From the NCBI RefSeq assembly GCF_006345805.1, contig NC_043003.1:9610001-9674000 (forward strand): DNA of 64,000 bases, given 5' to 3'. Under the pieces are notes generated by a model that saw only the letters and a program-made list of their open reading frames with translations, made no database searches and was not told where the DNA came from. Shown here one piece after another: positions 56,612 to 64,000 of the stretch (within the stretch, counting starts at the first letter, position 1; every line of letters starts with the position of its first letter). The position numbers were made by a program, and so were the translations under genes. Origin of the DNA: Octopus sinensis (lineage: Eukaryota).

Positions 56612-56742
56612 ACTACTACTACTACTACTACTACTACCACTACCACCACCACCACCACCACCACCACCACCACCACCACCACCACACCACCACCACCACC
56701 ACCACCACCACCACCACCATAATCATCATCATCATCATCATT
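56561..56742. repeat. graded (TAC)n-(CAC)n-(CAT)n microsatellite
   Basis: Direct reading of the sequence. Confidence 0.9.
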
Positions 56743-58754
56743 ATTTTTACCTTTTCACAGCTTCTAACGCTGGAGATGTATTACAGTGTCAGCTGTTCAC
56801 TACCAGTGAACTAAGGTAGCGCCTCTTATTTTTCGAGTACCTTCCGGAGTATTCGAGCAGTTCCAAGCAGTGTTGTTTTCTGTAAGTGCTCCACCTTTAT
56901 TGCAGCCCCTATTTGTTCTATGTACTTCTCAAGATTTTTACACACTGTTTCCAGGGCTCCGATAATTATTGGCACTACTACCACTTTTTCATTGACCACA
57001 ACTGCTTAACCTCCCAAGCAAACCTGTCATATCTATCGACTTATCTTTCCTCCTTATCGTATACCTTGTTGTCAGCTGGACATGCTATATCTATGATCCA
57101 GCGTACTTTGCTTTCTTTCTCAATTAACACTATGTCTGGCTTCCCATTCTCTGTCTCATGGTCGCACTGAATCCTACAATCCCACAGGATCTTTGCATTA
57201 TAATTTTCGATGATGCCTTCGGGTTTATGGCCGTACCAATATTTTGCTCTGTCAAGTCCATACTTGTTTCAAAGTGTCCAATAGACAAGCCTGGCTATAT
57301 TGCCGTGGCGTCTCTTATATTCCTTCTGGGCTAGTGGCGTACATTGAATGGTAATATGTCACACAGTTTCACTATTTTGTCCACAAATTCTGCACTTATC
57401 ACTTTCTGATGTGTTGTCTATTCTGTATTTTATGTAATTTGTTCGTAGTGCCTGCTCTTGAGCAGCACAGATTAGAGCCCCCGTTTCCGGTTTTAAATCA
57501 CTTTAATCATCCACAGCCATATTTTTTCTGTTTGTCTTATCTTCAACATCCCTATTTTCAGTTTCATTTGATTTCAATTGCTTCTACGGTGCTTTATCTT
57601 TGAAATCTTTCATCCTATACAAGACTTCTTACTTCTTATAATAGCGGTTCTGTGGAATTTGTTTTTACATACCATGCTATGTTGTTTTCTTCTGCTCTAA
57701 CGCTATGTTCACATGCAATAAGTCCTCTTCTCCGCTTTTTCTTGGAACATACAGCCAGTATGTGTCACTTTTTAGGTGGAGTGACCCATATCTAGTTAGC
57801 AGCTTCCTTGTCTTTCTGTCTAAGCTGTTTAGTTCGTCTACTATCCTTGCGATTATCCCTGCTCCATATCTAAGGATTGGAACCTCCTAGGTGCTCTTAG
57901 CTTCAATCTTATTCCGTCCGTTTAATTTCGACTTAAGGATCAGGCACAGTCTGCGTAATTACTCCACCTTAAATTTTTCTGTTATTTCATTCTCCATCCA
58001 TTTATCCATTTCCAATATCCCCAAGTACTTATAGCCCGTCTCTTCTATCTGCTTCATAACCTCCCCCGACGGTATCGTTAGCCCGTCTAAACATATGATT
58101 TTGCCCCTCTTCAAGTCTTGAAGATTTTACCCCTCTTCAAGACTAACGCACCACATTTTCTCAGTCCGAACGCCATTCTGATATCAGCACTGAAGCTATA
58201 CTCCGTATCAACAAGGGAACTGACTTGGTATTCATCTTTACCATGAATAACAAATGGTTGACTTTTTGTTGACGGCTTTTGAATACATACCCAGCTTTTG
58301 CTTTCCTCAGAATCAGTGTTAGTGGTATCAAGCACAGTACAAAGATCAGTGTGTACAGGCAGTCTCCTTGAAAGATACCACATCTAATTTCTACCCTCCC
58401 TAAACTTCTTCCTATGCTATCAGGTCCGTCATCCAATTAGCCATGCTTTTTCCAAACTTTCGATGCAATATCAAATAGATTCATACATTCCATAATCCAA
58501 AAATGTGGTATCATATCTTACACATTACGATAGTCGATCCATGGCATGGCCAAGTTACTTCTCCTCCGCTTGGAGTCATTAAGTACAGTTTTGTCTATCA
58601 GGAGTTGATCCTTGGTACCCCTGCACTTACGCTTGCAACCCTTCTGCTCATGTGGCAGGACTTCATTTTTTCCAGATGTTCGTACATTGACTGCGAGTAT
58701 TCCAGTCAATAAATTTTACATAAGTGGCAAACAGCATATCGACCTGTAATATCG
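56743..58754 (-). mobile_element. R4/Dong-like retrotransposon, RT through RLE, frameshifted
   Basis: RT motifs [19 protein letters not shown] and GIFQGDCLYTLIF-NHLLFM, C-terminal KTTLLGTARILRKVL, triplet-repeat tail. Confidence 0.9.
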
Positions 58755-58789
58755 ATCATCATTATCATCATCATCATCATCATTATGAT

Positions 58790-59292
58790 TATATGAAAAT
58801 TCACAGCTTATTTTGCTGGGTATGATGGAAAGTGTCAGCTGTCCACAGCCAGTAGACTAAGTTGATACTTGTTTATTAGTTATGCTTTAAGAACCCTGCC
58901 AAAAATTCTTGCAATTCCAAGCAATGCTAATTTTTCAAAGTGTTCTACCTTCATACTGGTACCGATCTTTTTCAGCCATGTTGGTAGTTGAGTGCTGATA
59001 CTTTAAATTGCACCAGTTACTACTGGTATCACGTCTAATCTCTTCATTGACAACAACCTTTGTATTTCCCACTTCAAGGCGTCATAGTTGTTTATTTATT
59101 TCATTTCTTTCACATTGATCCTGTTGTCACCAGGGCATGCTCGGTCGTTAACATACGTGTTTTTTCCTTTATTATTCACTACAACAATGTCCGGTTTCCA
59201 ACGTCTGGCCGGGTGATCGTACTGGTTCACTGCATACCACAGCATTTTACAATCCTTTATTTTCGTTGACCTCTTCTGTAGTCTTCTCATAC
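58790..59292 (-). mobile_element. second R4/Dong-like 3' fragment stacked on the previous copy
   Basis: RWKPDIVVVN...DRACPGDNRINVKE...VIPVVTGA...KLALLGIARI. (TAA)n on the 5' side and (TGA)n on the 3' side. Confidence 0.8.
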
Positions 59293-59327
59293 TATTATTA
59301 TTATTATTATTATATTATTATTATTAA

Positions 59328-59523
59328 GGCGACGAACTGGCAGAACTTTTAGCTCGCAAGACGAAACGCTTATCGGTATTTCGCCCCGCTCATATTTCAC
59401 CGGGGTTGATTTTGGTTTCAGCTTTTTGGGGGTCAATGAAATAAGTACCAGTTGAGCTCTTCAGTCGATGTACTCGATTAGTTGTCTCCCCTAAAAAATT
59501 GTTCGCCTTGTGCCTATAGAACA
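59328..59523 (+). mobile_element. SINE family B copy inside a (TTA)n array
   Basis: GGCGACGAACTGGCAGAAC head and the same central domain as 29177-29556. Confidence 0.75.
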
Positions 59524-59596
<73 letters not shown>

Positions 59597-59599
<3 letters not shown>

Positions 59600-59758
59600 T
59601 AGTTTTATTTTTATAGCGTGCTTTCACTTCACTACCGAGTGCAGCTCTGAGTACCTTACGTATATGCTGTGATTTGTTGTGATGCTCTGATGGTTATTGT
59701 ATGGAAAGTGTTCTGCGTAGGATGTGTGCAGTGCCTAGTAGTGCAGTTTTCTGTATGT
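59597..59758 (-). mobile_element. R4/Dong-like extreme 3' end of about 160 bp embedded in (TAA)n
   Basis: NIQKTALLGTAHILRRTLSIQ* plus a short UTR, with (TAA)n on both sides. Confidence 0.8.
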
Positions 59759-59792
59759 TATTATTATTATTATTATTATTATTATATTATTA

Positions 59793-59828
<36 letters not shown>

Positions 59829-61189
59829 TAAGAAGTTCACACGTTCTTCAGATTTATGTCACAAACAACACAAGTTAAACAAGTATATTGCGGTATTTTA
59901 TTAACACCGAACATTTTATTTCTATTTGTAAAAATAGAACATGCCATATAGAAATACATCAGACTCCAGAACACGCCATACCAGTTTCGTAAGTGTTAAC
60001 AGACTTGTCGCTGGTAAATTAAACAGCTAAGTAGAAATGGAAAAAAAAATCCGTCAGACAAAACCAAAAAACAAAATGTTAGTCGTGGGCTAATATAATT
60101 TTGTTTCTATAGGAAAAGACTCAGGATAAATTTCGGTACTTTTACTGTCAATACTTTGAAGAATAGCTTTCACCGTTCTTGTCGAAGCAGAGGTTACAGA
60201 GTCACGAAATGAAAGTGAACTTACACTTGAGAACTAGACCACAATTAATGGCTAGAATATCAATTTTCTTTTATATGTGATTTAGAATATTTGGTTCTTT
60301 TTAAAAAGGGGTACCTTATTGATATTATCTGCATTTCGTCCGGTTTTACTTTCTCAATTCAAATTCCGCTAAGTCGGCGACCAATTGAGATTATCATGAC
60401 TATAACTTGTGAAAAGAATATCGATTACATTAGTCTTTAGCAGCTATTTTTTGTATTTCACAGTTTTATATACCAATTTTCTGTGTCTCCAATATATCCT
60501 GCTTAAATTCTCCCTTCAGTTGTGTGTCTGTGCAGAAGATATACTATTCGGTCCTGTTCATTGAGTCTAAAGTATTTCTATGCTAGTATTTGCCGCAAGC
60601 CTTCTTATATTACTTTCTTTATGTAGCAAGATAATTTTCCTAATTTCACTGTCTTCAGGTTGGTTTAGTCGCATTGTCCTCAGCATAATCTCACGCAAAT
60701 TATTTTGCAATAATAGACATTTTTTTAAAGGAAATTTTTCTTAACTTTAGCATTGTATAACTTGAGGTAGTCCATATACAAAAAATAAATACTTTTATTC
60801 GATTTCACTGTTGTTTGATATGCCAGTTTTAGATGTTAGCTTTAGACAGAAGAGAACCAGATATGGAATCCTCGGAACTTCTCTTTTCCAAGGCATTTAA
60901 ATATTCTGATATGCTTCCTGCTATTCTGGAAACAGATTTTTTCCAGGAGATTATTTACTTCAGGAAAATTAATGCAAATAATCCCTTGTAGGTATTTAAA
61001 AGATAGTTTATAGATTCGTAAGTTTTAGGGTCTACAGTTTCTTGATGATGTATTCGTTCCTTTCAATAATACTATATGTCGGGTCTCACGCTGCCACTGT
61101 TTTCTTCGTTTTAGTCATTAGAATGTAGTCATGTTTGTGTACCGCCTTAAAGAATTTTTAGTCGGACGACTCTATCCAAATACTTTTCA

Positions 61190-61291
61190 AAGCCTCGTAT
61201 ATTTTCTATCAGGCCCATTTGCCGAACGGCTGGGTTACGGGAAAGTAAACATGCCAACATCGGTTATCAAGTGGTGGTGGAGACAAACGCA

Positions 61292-61330
<39 letters not shown>

Positions 61331-61525
61331 CACACACACACACACACACACATACTCACACACGCATACAACGAGTTTCTTTCAGTCTCTAAATCCTCTC
61401 ACATAGCTTTGGTCAGTCTGAGGTTATATTACAAGGCACATGCCGAAGGTGGCGCATAGTGGAACGGAACCGGCAACCATGTGATAGAGAAACAAGCTTC
61501 TTACTGCATTGCCATACCGGCGACT
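61190..61525 (-). mobile_element. SINE-like element with an internal (CA)n tract
   Basis: tRNA-like head on - (cgccggtatggcaatgcagtaagaagc...ggttccgttccac), body interrupted by CA repeats. Confidence 0.5.
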
Positions 61526-62606
61526 GTTGTTGACATTTCATCACAGAATTTGATCACAATATTCTCCCAAAGTATAAATCAAAATTCTTATAACGAACCC
61601 AGCATCTAACAAGATTATATCACGGGCATGAGTAGAACGAATTAAGTAAATAACAGAATGTGATAAATAAAATAAAACCATAGATCAGTTACAGAGTACT
61701 TACCAAAAAGCAATGACAGCAAAATGCAAACATTATTGAAAAAAAGAGTAGGTAATATCATTGGAGCATACAATGAACTTTTATCGTTTAAAATAATTTA
61801 TTTTCACTTTTAGATTGTTATGGTTACCATTTGCATATAAATTTCCTATACTTTAACCATCTTATTATAATTTTTTTCCATTCATTTGTCATTTTTTGTT
61901 TTGTTGGTTCTGTTTTGGTGTTTAGTGTTTTGTATGTTTCCTGGTTTGGTGTCGCTGAGTTGTGAATCTTTTAACATATGCGTGTTGCCATTATAAGCGC
62001 TATCTGATCGGTTTTCACTGTTCGTCACTCGTATTTTTGTGATATATACTGTTTCTTTTAAATAAGTCGATAAATAAGCATTTAAACAATATCTGCTTTC
62101 AGTTAGATACTCTGTTATTTAGCTTAAGACAGTTTTCCTCTGAAAACATTTTGTAAAGGATATAATAAGGTAGTTTCTGTTTCAATTTGCGCAAATCGAC
62201 GCAAAATATCCGTCTCCTTTTGTCGTACTTTTATACCCCAGATTCTATGTGTGTATGTGTGTGTGTTCCATTTATTAACACTAGGCTAGATAATATGCTT
62301 TTTATTTGTATTATTTTTCTATTTCTGCGTGCGACGGTATTGGATGAGGTCTTAAATATTCTTTTACTGATATTGACTGTGCTACTATTGTTTAGAAAGC
62401 CCTGAGATCGAGGACAATTATAAAAAGAATGCACTAATCATATGTAGAAATGATCAGTAAAGTTTACAACTGATCTGCAACTATTACACATTCACCTCAT
62501 TTTTTTTCCATTTTCTTGTTTTTTTAACATTGAATACTTTCGGAATACTCGAGTACATTTCTTGCATGTTAAACGCCACCAGTTTTCTTTTTATTAATCA
62601 TTTTCA

Positions 62607-62675
<69 letters not shown>

Positions 62676-62692
62676 CATTATTATTATTATTA

Positions 62693-62745
<53 letters not shown>

Positions 62746-62788
62746 CATCATCATCATCATCGTTATTATTATCATTATTATTATTATT

Positions 62789-63145
62789 GAGTGAGAGAGC
62801 AGTTAGTGCCATGAAAGTGACACTGGGGGTAAATATTCGAAGCCCGGTATACCCATCGTGGCTACCCATCTGATAAGGGTACACCCGGCACATGCATCAC
62901 AACCATCGTGCGCGACAAGGTGACTTCGTATCAAGATAAACAGCACATGACCTTGCAGGTGGGACCCAGTTAGAATTTTCTTGAGGTTGAGTAGCCCATC
63001 TTGCTCTAAAGATCCCTGAATAAAGGTTGTTTAAGGATGCTGAACGAAACACCCATATTTCCAAAGGTGAATTATTCAAACCCCAAGGAATTCCCTTCAA
63101 CACATGGCTGTGATGCTTCCCAACTATTTCTGCTCGTGATCAGAG
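62789..63145 (-). mobile_element. family C element, truncated where a SINE begins
   Basis: Colinear with 56015-56370. Confidence 0.8.
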
Positions 63146-63149
63146 TTTT

Positions 63150-63296
63150 TTATTCTGCGTTTCGATTCCGACGAGATCAACGTTACCTTTCATCCTTTCG
63201 GGGTCGATAAATTAATTACCAGTGAGACACTGAGCTCGATGTAATCGACTAGCCCCCTCCCCACAAATTTGAGGCCTTTTGCTTTTAGTAGAAAGG
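63150..63296 (+). mobile_element. 5'-truncated SINE family B copy
   Basis: TTTCATCCTTTCGGGGTCGATAAATTAATTACCAG central domain. Confidence 0.7.
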
Positions 63297-63831
63297 AGCA
63301 TTATTTTATATCATAGCGGCTCATTCTGTACTCATCGTCGCCCTGTAAATCTATATTTGTTTTTGCCAATTTCGTCGACGGAAATTCAATCTGCTTTTCA
63401 AAATGTTCATTCCTTCTATTTGTAATATATTTAAGACAAATATTGCCGAGGTCAATTTTGTGTATCTTTCTTTCAGAATCGCTAAAATAATGTAGCAGTC
63501 AAGAACTTGGATCGATATAATCGAATATCCCCCTCCACAAAATAACTGGACTTGATTCAAAAAGAGAGAAAAAAATTATATTTTTCTCAACCTTACGTGT
63601 GTCCATTGTTTTAGTTTTGCAGTTTTGTATCACATTGAAATTAATATATGCAATATGGGTCCACTAATCATTACAGTGATAAGTTTACAATAAGCCTATG
63701 TCTGACTCCCAAAACAGGGGGAAGTGAATATTTGTACCAGAATGGTTTTTCTTAAAGCAGTTGAATACTGAGGGCTCGACACGTATAGCGCAGATTAGGT
63801 ATATAACTATGTCACATGTATATTTTGTCAA

Positions 63832-63893
<62 letters not shown>

Positions 63894-63895
<2 letters not shown>

Positions 63896-64000
63896 GCCCT
63901 GTTGTAGTACCAGGCAGTGGCTCTCATGGCTGCTGATCTTAACTGATCGGAAGTGTTATCATGTACATTGTTTTGTCATGGTATAAAAGATGAGCTACAG
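63894..64000 (+). mobile_element. family C element start, runs off the window
   Basis: Follows (TAA)n. Reverse complement of 56460-56560. Confidence 0.75.

Overview
AT-rich, microsatellite-saturated animal DNA. The repeat content suggests a coleoid cephalopod such as Octopus (inference). The only gene I can support is the middle and 3' part of a + strand voltage-gated proton channel homolog of the molluscan Hv3 type, with S4 = LPWRVIRVVNS and no first arginine. Five exons are solid (478-803, 7660-7713, 9583-9721, 9977-10092, 14127-14217) and a sixth is probable (14419-14466). S1 lies upstream of the window and the terminal exon is unresolved. The rest is repeats: decayed mariner transposases, tRNA-type SINEs, R4/Dong-like non-LTR fragments sitting in (TAA)n arrays, and Gypsy, CR1 and RTE relics. 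The most striking unannotated signal is a set of hammerhead ribozyme (HHR) motifs. Three have fully canonical cores: 20235-20280 (-), 20791-20836 (+) and 46142-46251 (-). The first two lie in a very young 460-bp-period element built as two circularly permuted, head-to-head copies between (TA)n arrays. Three other fold-back repeats show the same head-to-head layout with decayed HHR motifs, pointing to a Penelope-like or retrozyme-like non-autonomous family. Nearly all ORFs in the supplied track are microsatellite artefacts. All alignments and folds were done by eye.
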